Of a stretch of DNA of 64,000 bases, positions 9,176-18,468 are shown piece by piece. Source of the DNA: Candidatus Dormiibacterota bacterium. Lineage in GTDB: Bacteria > Chloroflexota > Dormibacteria > Aeolococcales > Aeolococcaceae. The position numbers and the translations under genes were made by a program. The notes beneath the pieces were generated by a model. That model was not told the DNA's origin, did not search any database, and saw nothing but the letters and a program-made list of their open reading frames with translations. How positions within the stretch are numbered: position 1 is the stretch's first letter; each line of letters begins with the position of its first letter. Location of the stretch: the NCBI GenBank assembly GCA_003142035.1, contig PLOF01000107.1, positions 31,013-95,012 of the forward strand, written 5' to 3'.

Positions 9176-10408
9176 CTAATCGTGCTCCAGCTCAAACTCC
9201 GCGTGCAGCGCTCTCACCGCGTCGGCGACCCGGTCGCGGGCGATGATCACGGTGACGTGGATCTGGCTGGTGGTGATCTGCTCCACGTTGATCCCCTGGG
9301 CCGAGAGGGCGCCGAAGATCCGGGCGGACATCCCCGGCGTGCCCAGGAAGGCGGTGCCCACCACCGACACGGTGGCGATGCCGGTGTCGGCCACCAACTG
9401 CCCGGCCTGGACCTCCCGAGCCACCTCCTCGAGCACCGGTCGGGAGCGGGAGAGATCCTCCTCCGCGATGGTGAACGCGAGGTCGGTGAAGCCGTCGTGG
9501 CTCACGTTCTGGACGATGATGTCCACATTGATACCGGCTTTGCCGATGGCGCTGAACACGGCGGCGGCGATCCCCGGTCGGTCGGGCACCCGGGTCAGGA
9601 TGACCTTGGCAACGCCGCTGTCGTGGGCGATGCCGCGAATCTTCTGGCGATCCTCCATGGCCGGATGCTGACAGATGAGGGTGCCCGGCTGGTCCTCGAA
9701 GGTCGAGCGCACCACGATCGGCATCGAGTAGGTCTCGCCGATCTCGACGGCGCGCGGATGCATCACCTTGGCTCCGACGGCCGCGAACTCCAGCATCTCC
9801 TGATACGCAATCTCGGGGATGAGGCGGGCTCGCGGCTCCACCCGGGGATCGGCGGTGTAGACGCCGGCCACATCCGTGAAGATCTCACAGCGTTCGGCGC
9901 TCAGCTCGACGGCCAGGGCCACCGCCGTGGTGTCCGTCCCGCCCCGCCCGAGGGTGGTGATGTCCAGCGCCTCGTCGACACCCTGGAAACCGGCCACGAC
10001 CACCACCCTGCCCCGCTCCAGCTCGTCGATGATGCGCTGGGGGACGATGTCGACGATGCGCGCGCTGCGGTGGACGCTGCTCGTCCGGATCCCGGCCTGC
10101 AATCCGGTCAGGGAGATCGCCGCGACCCCCAGCCGTTCCAGTGCCATCGCCAACAGGGGTGCCGTGATGGTCTCCCCGGTGGAGAGGAGCTGATCCATCT
10201 CCCGGCTCGGGGGGGCCGGGTTGACCTTGTGGGCGAGGCTGATCAACTCGTCGGTGCTGTCACCCATGGCGCTGACCACGGCCACCACCCGGCCACGTTC
10301 GGCGTGGGTGGCGGCGATCCGCCGGGCCACGCGCTGGATCAGCTCGGCGCTGGCGACGCTGCTGCCGCCGAACTTCTGGACGATGCACTGCCGGGATGTG
10401 TCGGGCAT
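9176..10408 (-). CDS. lysC: aspartate kinase
   Basis: From ATG at 10408: MPDTSRQCIVQKFGGSSVAS... Amino-acid kinase fold with two C-terminal ACT domains. The annotated ORF to 11230 is a spurious upstream extension overlapping thrB. Confidence 0.9.
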   Translation of the reverse strand: MPDTSRQCIVQKFGGSSVASAELIQRVARRIAATHAERGRVVAVVSAMGDSTDELISLAHKVNPAPPSREMDQLLSTGETITAPLLAMALERLGVAAISLTGLQAGIRTSSVHRSARIVDIVPQRIIDELERGRVVVVAGFQGVDEALDITTLGRGGTDTTAVALAVELSAERCEIFTDVAGVYTADPRVEPRARLIPEIAYQEMLEFAAVGAKVMHPRAVEIGETYSMPIVVRSTFEDQPGTLICQHPAMEDRQKIRGIAHDSGVAKVILTRVPDRPGIAAAVFSAIGKAGINVDIIVQNVSHDGFTDLAFTIAEEDLSRSRPVLEEVAREVQAGQLVADTGIATVSVVGTAFLGTPGMSARIFGALSAQGINVEQITTSQIHVTVIIARDRVADAVRALHAEFELEHD

Positions 10409-10428
10409 GGCGGAGTCGCTCCCTGCGG

Positions 10429-11328
10429 TCACGGGGCCAGATCCACGCGGGCGCCGAAGTTGCGGACCGGGTGGGTGACCGCGTGGCCGGCAACCTCGGC
10501 GAGCCCGGCCGCCGCCTTCATCGCGGATGCGACCGCCTCGGTCTCCCCGGTGCAGAGGGCGAGCACTGACGGGCCGGCGCCGGCGAGGCAGGCTCCGTGC
10601 GCCCCCGCCGCCAGCGCGGCGTCGATCAGCAGGGGGACGTGGGGCATCAGCTCGCTGCGCGCGGGCTGGTGCCAGCGGTCCCGCATCGCCTCGCCGAGCA
10701 GATCGAGCCGGCCGGTCAGCATCGCGGTGACCAGCAGGGCGCATCGGGAGGCGTTGTAGATGGCGTCCTCGCGGCTGAAGGAGTGGGGCACCACCTGGCG
10801 GGCTGCCTTGGTGCTCATCTCCCCGTCGGGGACGAAGAGGACGGCGCGCAACTCGTCGGGCACGTGCACCTGGGTGACCGGACCGTCGCCGGCGCAGACG
10901 ACCAGACCGCCCAGCATGGCGGCGGCGACATTGTCGGGATGCCCCTCGATCTCGGCTGCCCGGGCGATGACCTGCTGCTCGTCCCATCCGAGATTGGCCA
11001 GCGCGTTGGCGGCGAGCACGCCGCTCAGAGCGGCGGCGGCGCTGGAGCCGAGCCCCCGCCCAAAGGGGATGGCGTTCCGGCAGCTGATGCGCACGCCGGG
11101 CGGGGCCACCCCGGCGTCCGCACAGGCGGCGACGAAGGCCCGGGTGATCAGGTTGCGGACCGGGTCCCGGAGCTCCTCGGCGGAGTCCGGACCGGGATCG
11201 ATGCTGATGCCGCCCTCGGGCTCGGACCACGCCTCGATCTCGTTCTGCAGCTGCAGCGCCAGGGCCAGGATGTCGAAGCCCGGCCCCAGGTTGGCGACGG
11301 TTGCGGGGACCCGGATGGTGACGTGCAT
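10429..11328 (-). CDS. thrB: homoserine kinase
   Basis: GHMP kinase with motifs PATVANLGPGFD and GLGSSAAA. 299 aa. Confidence 0.85.
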   Translation of the reverse strand: MHVTIRVPATVANLGPGFDILALALQLQNEIEAWSEPEGGISIDPGPDSAEELRDPVRNLITRAFVAACADAGVAPPGVRISCRNAIPFGRGLGSSAAAALSGVLAANALANLGWDEQQVIARAAEIEGHPDNVAAAMLGGLVVCAGDGPVTQVHVPDELRAVLFVPDGEMSTKAARQVVPHSFSREDAIYNASRCALLVTAMLTGRLDLLGEAMRDRWHQPARSELMPHVPLLIDAALAAGAHGACLAGAGPSVLALCTGETEAVASAMKAAAGLAEVAGHAVTHPVRNFGARVDLAP

Positions 11329-11339
11329 GCGGCTCCGGG

Positions 11340-12410
11340 TCAGAGCCCGATGGCGGCGGCGATGCTCGCCGGGGTTCCGGTCACCGACTGGGGCGGGGGC
11401 AGCCCATCGCTCACCGCGGGAAGGTCCTTGAGCCCGTTCCCGGTGAGGACGCAGACCACCCGCGATCCCCGCGCGACCGCGCCATCCTTGACCGCCTTGC
11501 GCAGCACGGCGAGCGATGCGGCCGAGGCCGGCTCGCAGAAGATGCCCTCGACTCCCGCCAGGTCGCGCTGCGCGGCGGCGATCTCGGCGTCGGTCACCGA
11601 GTCGATCAACCCCTCCGACTCGTCACGGGCAGCCACCGCGCTGGCCCAGGACGCCGGGTTGCCGATCCGGATGGCGGTGGCGAACGTCTGGGGGTTGGCC
11701 ACCGGCGTGCCGAGCACCAGGGGGGCCGCTCCCGCCGCCTGGCCGCCGACCATCCGGGGCAGCTGGGTCGCCCGCCCCGCGTCCCGGTACTCCCGGAAGC
11801 CACGCCAGTAGGCGGTGATGTTGCCGGCGTTGCCGACTGGGATCGCCAGGATGTCCGGGGCGTCGCCGAGCTCGTCGACGATCTCGAAGGCGGCCGTCTT
11901 CTGACCCTCGATCCGGTTGGGGTTGACGCTGTTGACCAGGGTTACCGGATGGGTGTCGGCGAGCTGACGGACCGACCGGAGGGCCTCATCGAAGTTGCCC
12001 TCGATGATGAGCACCGTCGCTCCGAACACCTGCGCCTGGACCAGCTTGCCGAGCGCAATCTTCCCCGCCGGCACGACCACCACCGTGCGCAGGCCGAAGC
12101 GCGCTCCGTACGCCGCGGCCGAGGCGCTGGTGTTGCCCGTGGAGGCGCAGATGATCGCCCTGCTGCCGTCCTCCAGTGCCTTGGCCACGGCGACCACCAT
12201 TCCTCGGTCCTTGAAGGAGCCGGTCGGGTTGAGCCCCTCGAACTTGAAGTGGAGCGAGCGCAAACCGAGGTCCACGCCGATGTGGCGGGACTCGATCAGG
12301 GGGGTCCCCCCTTCGCCGAGGGTGATCCGCGGCGTGCTGGCGGTGAGCGGAAGATGCTCGGCGTAGCGCTCGATCAGGCCCGCCCCACGCCGGGCGCCAC
12401 CCGCCGTCAC
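11340..12410 (-). CDS. thrC: threonine synthase
   Basis: PLP-lysine motif FKFEGLNPTGSFKDRG. 356 aa. Stop overlaps the hom gene. Confidence 0.9.
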   Translation of the reverse strand: MTAGGARRGAGLIERYAEHLPLTASTPRITLGEGGTPLIESRHIGVDLGLRSLHFKFEGLNPTGSFKDRGMVVAVAKALEDGSRAIICASTGNTSASAAAYGARFGLRTVVVVPAGKIALGKLVQAQVFGATVLIIEGNFDEALRSVRQLADTHPVTLVNSVNPNRIEGQKTAAFEIVDELGDAPDILAIPVGNAGNITAYWRGFREYRDAGRATQLPRMVGGQAAGAAPLVLGTPVANPQTFATAIRIGNPASWASAVAARDESEGLIDSVTDAEIAAAQRDLAGVEGIFCEPASAASLAVLRKAVKDGAVARGSRVVCVLTGNGLKDLPAVSDGLPPPQSVTGTPASIAAAIGL

Positions 12411-13687
12411 GCCGTGGCCCCCAGGCGGTCGAGGTGCTGCACGACCTTCACCGGCACCCCGAGGGCTTCCAGGGCCGTGAGGCTCCGGTCCAGGGCGGCC
12501 CGGGTCGCCGACCGGGTCAGGACCACCAGCTCGACGCCGGAGCCTCCAGGGCCGATCTGCTCAACGACAACTCCTCCCCGCGCGAGCGCCTCGACAACCA
12601 CGGCCGATGCGTCTGGGCGACCGTCAACCCGCACCCGGAGCCAGGCAGCGGTTTCCGACACCTCCCCGTCCTGGATCGGAACCGGCGCTGCCGGCGGCTG
12701 CGGCACCTCGCGGCCCGCGCGGCGAGCCCGGGCCACCGCCACGATGTCACTGAGCACCGCGCTGGCGGCGGCTTCGGCTCCGGCCCCTCGCCCGCGCAGC
12801 ACGAGCCGGCCGGCCAGGTCGCTCTCGACGACGATGGCGTTGTCGGCGCCCTCCAGGTCGCTCAGGGGGTGGCCGGAACGCGGGACGAGCGTCGGCTGGA
12901 CGGATAGCGCCAACCCGGCTCCCGAGCGCTCGACACGTGCCACGAGCCGGATCACCGATCCGAGCCGGGCTGCCGCGACGATGTCGGCGGGATCGATGTC
13001 ACGGATGCCGCGGCGCTGGACCTGATCGGGGTGCACCTCCGCGCCCATCGCGAACCAGGCGAGGATGCAGAGCTTCTGGGCGGCGTCGTGGCCGTCGAGG
13101 TCGTTGGTCGGATTGGCCTCCGCATACCCGCGCTCCTGCGCGTCGGCCACAGCCCGGTCAAAGTCATCCCCCGCCTCGAGCCGCCCCAGGATGTGGTTGG
13201 TGGTCCCGTTGATCACCGCGGTGATCCGCCGGACCTCGTCTCCCCGCAGCGAGTCGCGGAGCACCGCGAGAACCGGGATGGCGGCGCCGACCGCGGCCTC
13301 AAATGCCAACCCACCGCTGGCGGGCTGCACCGCCTCCACCAGCCGGTGGCCGGCGGTAGCGATGACGGCCTTGTTGGCGGTCACGATCCCCAGTCCACGT
13401 TGGAGCGCGGCGTCGAGCAGGGTGCCGGCCGGCTCCAGGCCTCCCAGCAGCTCGACCACGATGTCCACGTCCGGGGCCGCCACCGCCGCGGCCGCTTCGG
13501 CGTCGACGGTCACCCCACGGGCGGCCAGCTGGCGAGCTCGTCCCGGGTCCCGCTCCGCGACGCGGCGCAGCACCAGCGGGCCGCCGCTCCGAGCTGCCAG
13601 GCGATCGGCATGCACCTCGAGCTCTCGGGCGACCGTCGCACCGACCGTCCCCGCGCCGAGCAGCGCGATCCCGAGCTCTGTGGCCAT
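12407..13687 (-). CDS. hom: homoserine dehydrogenase
   Basis: N-terminal NAD(P) motif LLGAGTVGATVAREL, catalytic domain and C-terminal ACT domain. 426 aa. Confidence 0.9.
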   Translation of the reverse strand: MATELGIALLGAGTVGATVARELEVHADRLAARSGGPLVLRRVAERDPGRARQLAARGVTVDAEAAAAVAAPDVDIVVELLGGLEPAGTLLDAALQRGLGIVTANKAVIATAGHRLVEAVQPASGGLAFEAAVGAAIPVLAVLRDSLRGDEVRRITAVINGTTNHILGRLEAGDDFDRAVADAQERGYAEANPTNDLDGHDAAQKLCILAWFAMGAEVHPDQVQRRGIRDIDPADIVAAARLGSVIRLVARVERSGAGLALSVQPTLVPRSGHPLSDLEGADNAIVVESDLAGRLVLRGRGAGAEAAASAVLSDIVAVARARRAGREVPQPPAAPVPIQDGEVSETAAWLRVRVDGRPDASAVVVEALARGGVVVEQIGPGGSGVELVVLTRSATRAALDRSLTALEALGVPVKVVQHLDRLGATA

Positions 13688-13726
13688 TGGCGGCCGAGTT
13701 TAGTCGACCGGGTGATGCGGCCCGGG

Positions 13727-15565
13727 TCAGCCCGTCTCCGCCGGCTCCGTGTGGGGTGGGGGAGGGGCTCCCGGGCGGTACCGGCTGAGCCCCGGGAAGC
13801 GCGACTGCCGGGCGAGCAGGCGGAGCAGGGGGATCACGGCTCCCGACGGTACCGGGTCGCCCCACAGGCTCCCCTGCGCAGCATCGCATCCGAGTCGCTG
13901 GATCGAGGTGCGTGCCGCCTCGTCATCGACCCCGGTCGCGATGACGGTGAGGTGGAGGGCATGAGCCAGCTCGACGATGCCGCGCACTGCCGCCGCTTCC
14001 ACGCCCTCGTGGCGCGCCGAGGCCAGCAGCGAACCGTCCAGCCGCAGCTCGGTGAAGGGCAGGGCGCGGAGGCGGAGCAGCGAGGTGGAGTCGGAGCCGT
14101 AGTCGTCCAGAGCGATGCCCACCCCCATCTTCGCCAGAGATCGCAGGACCGGAGCCTCCAGCGAGAGGGTGGTGTTCTCGTCGACCGTGATTGAGAGGGA
14201 CGCCGGCGGCACGCCCCACCGCTCCAGGAGGCCGCTCACGGCGCGCGGGAGCTGGTGGTCCTGGACGTTGCGCCCGGCGATCTTGACGTTGACCCGCAGG
14301 GCGTGGCCCTGATCACGCCAGTGCGCCTGCTGCTCGATGGCGAGCCCCAGCGCACAGCGGGTGAGCGGCCGGATGATCTCGGTCTCCTCCGCGGCCGGGA
14401 CGAATTGGTCCGGAGTCAGCAGGCCGTGCCGTGGGTGGCGCCAGCGCACCGTCGCGTCCAGGCCGAGCAGCGCCGAGTCGGCGAGGCGCACCACCGGCTG
14501 GTAGGAGAGCTCCAGCTCCTGGTTGTCGATCGCCTTCCTCAGCTCGGTGAGGCGCACCGCCCTGTCCTCGATCTCGGATGTGTCATCCGCGGCGGTGTAG
14601 ACACGCCAACCCCGACGTGCCTGCTTGGCCGCCTGGCGGGCGATCTCGGCGTGAGCCATCAGGGTTTGCGCGTCGGCGCCGTGGTCGGGGAAGTTCGCGA
14701 TACCGATGCTGATCCCGGCTTCGAGGGCATGCCCGTCGACCGTCACGGGCTCCTTGAAGGCGGCGAGCACCTGGCGGGCTATCCGTGCACTCGCCGCCGG
14801 GGTGGCGCTGCCTCCCGGGATGACGGCGAAGTCGTCGCCCCCCAGTCGCGCCACGACATCGGTGGCCCGGAGGGTCTGGCGGAGCCGCTCGGCGACGACC
14901 ACCAGCAGGCGGTCCCCCACGCCGTGGCCGAGACCTTCGTTGACCTCCGCGAAGCGGTCCAGGTCGAGGAGGAAGACGCTGAACGGGGCCCGCCGCGCCG
15001 CGGCGACCTCCAGACGGGCGAGGAGTGCCTCCCGGAACTGCCGGTCGTTGGGGAGGCCCGTCAGGCTGTCGTGAAGGGTCTGATGAATGAGCGCGGCCGA
15101 TTGGGCGCGGACCTCGGACATGTCGCGCACGACGACGATGCGACCCTCGCCCTTGGCGACGAGGCGGCTGTCCACCTGCGCCGAGAAGGTGGTCCCGTCG
15201 CGCCGGAACGCCGCCACCTCGGCCTGGCCCGGGCCGCTTCCCTCCATCGGCAGATCGGAGGCACCCGGCCGGAATGCGGGCAGCAGCCGCTCGACGTGGC
15301 AGCCGGTGAGGGTGCCGTCCGCCGCTTCGAAGAGCCGGTGGGCCGCCCGGTTGGCCAGGGTCACCTGCCCGTCACCGGCCAGGATCAGGATGGCCTCGGT
15401 CACGGCGTCCGCCACCGCCCGGAGCCGGGTGGCGGCGGCGCTCAGGTCGGCGGCCCGCTCCTCCAGCCGGCTCCGATCGCGTCGAGACTGGCGCATGAGG
15501 GCGGAGCAAGCCGCCACCAGGGTGAGGAGGAGCAGGACCACAAGCAGGGCGATGCCAACGTTCAT
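13727..15565 (-). CDS. membrane-anchored PAS-GGDEF-EAL protein with degenerate catalytic signatures
   Basis: N-terminal TM helix, then a PAS-like region. The GGDEF position reads RLGGDDFAV (GGDDF). The EAL position reads LDATVRWRHP (DAT instead of EAL). Confidence 0.8.
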   Translation of the reverse strand: MNVGIALLVVLLLLTLVAACSALMRQSRRDRSRLEERAADLSAAATRLRAVADAVTEAILILAGDGQVTLANRAAHRLFEAADGTLTGCHVERLLPAFRPGASDLPMEGSGPGQAEVAAFRRDGTTFSAQVDSRLVAKGEGRIVVVRDMSEVRAQSAALIHQTLHDSLTGLPNDRQFREALLARLEVAAARRAPFSVFLLDLDRFAEVNEGLGHGVGDRLLVVVAERLRQTLRATDVVARLGGDDFAVIPGGSATPAASARIARQVLAAFKEPVTVDGHALEAGISIGIANFPDHGADAQTLMAHAEIARQAAKQARRGWRVYTAADDTSEIEDRAVRLTELRKAIDNQELELSYQPVVRLADSALLGLDATVRWRHPRHGLLTPDQFVPAAEETEIIRPLTRCALGLAIEQQAHWRDQGHALRVNVKIAGRNVQDHQLPRAVSGLLERWGVPPASLSITVDENTTLSLEAPVLRSLAKMGVGIALDDYGSDSTSLLRLRALPFTELRLDGSLLASARHEGVEAAAVRGIVELAHALHLTVIATGVDDEAARTSIQRLGCDAAQGSLWGDPVPSGAVIPLLRLLARQSRFPGLSRYRPGAPPPPHTEPAETG

Positions 15566-15678
15566 TCGCTTCGTGCCGACACTACCTGACGGCCGCCGTC
15601 GTCTCGCGACGGCGAGGTGACGTTGCGACGGAGAGTCGGTTCAGCGGCGGGCACGGGCCGCGTCCACCCGGTGGTACG

Positions 15679-16173
15679 GTGAAGGCCAGTCATGGCATCC
15701 CAAAGCTCTCAGCCGTCCCACCCGTGATCGAGGCCAGCGCCGACGTCACCGTGCCGGTCGGGAGAGAGGAGGCCTTCGCAGCCCTCTCCGACCTGGAGCA
15801 CGCCGACTGGCTGCCCGGCGTGAAGGGCCTTGTGCACATCGGTGGCCCCGCCCAGGGGGTGGGTGCGCGCTATGAGGTCGAGGCGGGCATCTCCGGGCGC
15901 CACCTCCGCGGGGTGCTCGTGTGCACGGAGGCGACCAGTCCGGAGCGCACGGTCATGACCCTCGAGGAGGGTCTCGACCTCACCATCACGGGCACGGTCC
16001 GCCCGGTGAGCGGCGGCTGCAGGGTCCTGCTCACCGCCCGCTACTCGGTCGGCAACGGCCTCACCGGCCTTGCCGTCGAACGGGCCAGCGCGGGGGCGGC
16101 GCGCAGGGAGGTGTGCCGGGCCGTCGAGCACTTCGCGGCCCAGTTCGGCCGCAAGGCGCCGGCCGGCGTTTGA
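15679..16173 (+). CDS. SRPBCC (polyketide cyclase/START-like) family protein
   Basis: 164 aa with a length and beta-grip-like pattern typical of SRPBCC ligand-binding proteins. Confidence 0.5.
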   Translation: MKASHGIPKLSAVPPVIEASADVTVPVGREEAFAALSDLEHADWLPGVKGLVHIGGPAQGVGARYEVEAGISGRHLRGVLVCTEATSPERTVMTLEEGLDLTITGTVRPVSGGCRVLLTARYSVGNGLTGLAVERASAGAARREVCRAVEHFAAQFGRKAPAGV

Positions 16174-16222
16174 GCCCGGGCCGTGGGCAGGTTCTCTTTC
16201 CTGATGGGATGCTGACCCCGCC

Positions 16223-16834
16223 ATGAGCGTGAGGGAGGACGACACCGAGCTCGATGCCCTGGCCGCCCAGGTACGCGCCGGTCCCAAGCTCTCCACCGAG
16301 GCCGTGGGGGCCCTGATCACCGCTGCCGTCGAAGGCGATCGGGACGCTCACGCCGCCCTGGTCGAACACGCGCTGAGCCCGGTTCTCGCCGAGGCGATCG
16401 CCCACCGCAACCGCGGGATGGAGCTCCTCGACCTCTTTCAGGAAGGCTCGCTGGCGGCGCTGGTGGCGGTCGAGGAGTACGTCGAGCGCACCGGCAATGG
16501 TGCCGGGTTCGCCGCCTACATCCGCCGCGTCGTCAACCGTCATCTCGACCACGTCATCGAAGTGCACGAAGCCGCGGTCGCGGAGGCCGCCGAGCTGGTC
16601 GAGGACACCCGCCTGCTCGACGTGGCCCGCGTGGCGCTCCGCCGTCAGACCGGCCGCCAGCCCACCGAGACCGAGCTGGCGGCGGTGCTCCTCTGGCCGC
16701 CGGAGCGGGTTGAGCTGATTTCCGGGATACTGGACAACGCCCGCTCCGACTTCGACTCCGACATCGTCCAGTACCTGGACGACGTCGATAACGATGGTGA
16801 CGACGGGGGCGACGGCGCCGGTGAGGGGGAGTAG
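16223..16834 (+). CDS. sigma-70-like protein containing only regions 1.2-3.0, with acidic C-terminal tail
   Basis: NRGMELLDLFQEGSLAALVAVEEY...GFAAYIRRVVNRHLDHVIE aligns to sigma-70 region 2.1-2.4 ([24 protein letters not shown]...YATWWIRQAITR). A region-3.0-like segment follows, then DDVDNDGDDGGDGAGEGE. There is no region 4. Confidence 0.55.
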   Translation: MSVREDDTELDALAAQVRAGPKLSTEAVGALITAAVEGDRDAHAALVEHALSPVLAEAIAHRNRGMELLDLFQEGSLAALVAVEEYVERTGNGAGFAAYIRRVVNRHLDHVIEVHEAAVAEAAELVEDTRLLDVARVALRRQTGRQPTETELAAVLLWPPERVELISGILDNARSDFDSDIVQYLDDVDNDGDDGGDGAGEGE

Positions 16835-16880
16835 GGCCGCTCCCACGGGACGCGGGCCTTATGGCGGCTCCGCGCAGCCC

Positions 16881-18113
16881 TCATGGCTCGCGGAGATCCT
16901 CGTGGCGCCAGTCGAGGTCGCGCAGCTCGGGGGACGGTGCACCGCGGTGGACCGCGCCCGGGCCGAAGCGGCGCTGGAGCGCGTCGAGGGTGGCGTCGAG
17001 GTGGCGTTCGCGAGCCGTGCGCGGTGCGCTGAAGAGATCCAGCTGCGCCGCGTTCTCCAGGTGATGCACGCCGACTCCGACGAGGCGGACCGGCCGGTCC
17101 GGCTGATGAGCAGCGGTGAGGAGAGCCATGGCGCCGGACGTGATGGCCGCATCGCTGTCGCTTCCCCCATCGAGGGGGCGCTGCCGGGTCAGGGACGTGA
17201 AGTCGGCGTAGCGGAGCTTGAGGCTGACAGTCCGTGCGCTGAGCCCCGCGGCGCGCAACCGTCTCCCCACGTCGGCCGAGAGATGGCGAACGCGCTCCCG
17301 GAGCAGGCCGGCGTCGATAACGTCGCGATCGTAGGTCTCCTCACGGGAGATCGACTTCGTCGCGCTGGGGGGCGTCACCGGTGAGGTGTCGATTCCTCGG
17401 GCACGGCGGGTCAGGGATTGGGCTGCGACCTTGCCCAGGCGTCGCTCGAGCAGCGCCGCCGGATGCCCGGCCAGCTCGCCTAGGGTGCGAAGCCCCAGTC
17501 CGGCGAGGGTGACGGCCGTCGACGGGCCCAGCCCGGGAAGCGTTCGGAGCGGAAGGGGCCGGAGAAACTCCGCCTCCGCGCCGGGCCGCACGACGACGAA
17601 CCCTCGCGGCTTGCGTAGATCGGAGGCGATCTTGGCGACGGTCTTGGAGGTGGCGATCCCGAAGCTCGCGTGGAGCCCCGTCTCCGCCAGGATCTGGTCG
17701 CGAAGGCGGGTGGCCATCTCCTCGGGGTCGCCCGGGGTGGCGGTCACGTCCAGGTATGCCTCATCCAGGGAGAGGGGTTCGACGAGGGGGGTCAGCGCTC
17801 GTGCCAGAGCAAAGATCCGGGTCGACGCCTGCCGGTACGCTGGGAAGTCGACCGGGAGCACGGCGGCCGTGGGGCAGAGGCGCACGGCTCTGCCCAGCGG
17901 CATCGCGGAGTGCACCCCGTAGCGGCGCGCTTCGTACGAGGCGGCGGAAACCACGGCGCGGGCTGTGCGCCCATCCGCCCCACCGCCGACGATCACCGGC
18001 CGTCCGCGCAGCTCAGGACGCCGCTCCTGCTCCACCGACGCGTAGAAGGCGTCCAGGTCGAGGTGGATGATCGCTCGCACCCAGCCCATGAGCCGATTCT
18101 GTCGCTCGCGCAT
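16881..18113 (-). CDS. dinB: DNA polymerase IV (Y-family TLS polymerase)
   Basis: IIHLDLDAFYASVEQ catalytic motif with Y-family palm, thumb and little-finger regions. 410 aa. Confidence 0.9.
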   Translation of the reverse strand: MRERQNRLMGWVRAIIHLDLDAFYASVEQERRPELRGRPVIVGGGADGRTARAVVSAASYEARRYGVHSAMPLGRAVRLCPTAAVLPVDFPAYRQASTRIFALARALTPLVEPLSLDEAYLDVTATPGDPEEMATRLRDQILAETGLHASFGIATSKTVAKIASDLRKPRGFVVVRPGAEAEFLRPLPLRTLPGLGPSTAVTLAGLGLRTLGELAGHPAALLERRLGKVAAQSLTRRARGIDTSPVTPPSATKSISREETYDRDVIDAGLLRERVRHLSADVGRRLRAAGLSARTVSLKLRYADFTSLTRQRPLDGGSDSDAAITSGAMALLTAAHQPDRPVRLVGVGVHHLENAAQLDLFSAPRTARERHLDATLDALQRRFGPGAVHRGAPSPELRDLDWRHEDLREP

Positions 18114-18170
18114 CCGGAGTGGGGGGACGGGGCGGTCGGGGAACCCGGGGCAGAGCCGCCGGGAGGCCGG

Positions 18171-18443
18171 CTATTCGGTGGAGCCAGACGGCCGGCGGGC
18201 CGCGAAGTCCCGGAGGTCGTCCTCGGTGAGGTAGCCGGCAGCGATCAACAGTTCAACGTAGCTGACGCCCAGGTGGGGCGCGGCCCGGCGGAGCACCCAC
18301 GGAGGGGGGTTGTCCTTGTTCTTGTTGACCGCCTGGTAGAAGTAGATCTGATTGAGGTCGCACAGCAGCGCAAGGCGATGGAGCGAGATGCCGCGAACTC
18401 GACATCGCTCGATCAGGTAGCGCCGGAAGGCGGCATCCATCAT
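18171..18443 (-). CDS. small helix-turn-helix (XRE-like) DNA-binding protein
   Basis: From MMDAAF: RGISLHRLALLCDLNQIYFYQAV is an HTH. Contains a locally AT-rich codon stretch (NKNKDNPPPW). Sits immediately upstream of dinB on the same strand. Alternative start at 18503. Confidence 0.5.
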   Translation of the reverse strand: MMDAAFRRYLIERCRVRGISLHRLALLCDLNQIYFYQAVNKNKDNPPPWVLRRAAPHLGVSYVELLIAAGYLTEDDLRDFAARRPSGSTE

Positions 18444-18468
18444 CTCGCTTCCTGCTTGATTTCTCGGG

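Noticed and set aside
9176-11230. 684-aa ORF as one protein
   Set aside because: - Aspartokinase homology begins at the internal Met (10408).
- The upstream 262 aa are Arg-rich junk overlapping thrB on another frame.
18114-18170. LexA/Cheo box (TCGAAC-N4-GTTCGA or GAAC-N4-GTTC) upstream of dinB and recJ
   Set aside because: - No match was found upstream of dinB.
- None was found in the recJ leader either (around 49095-49120).
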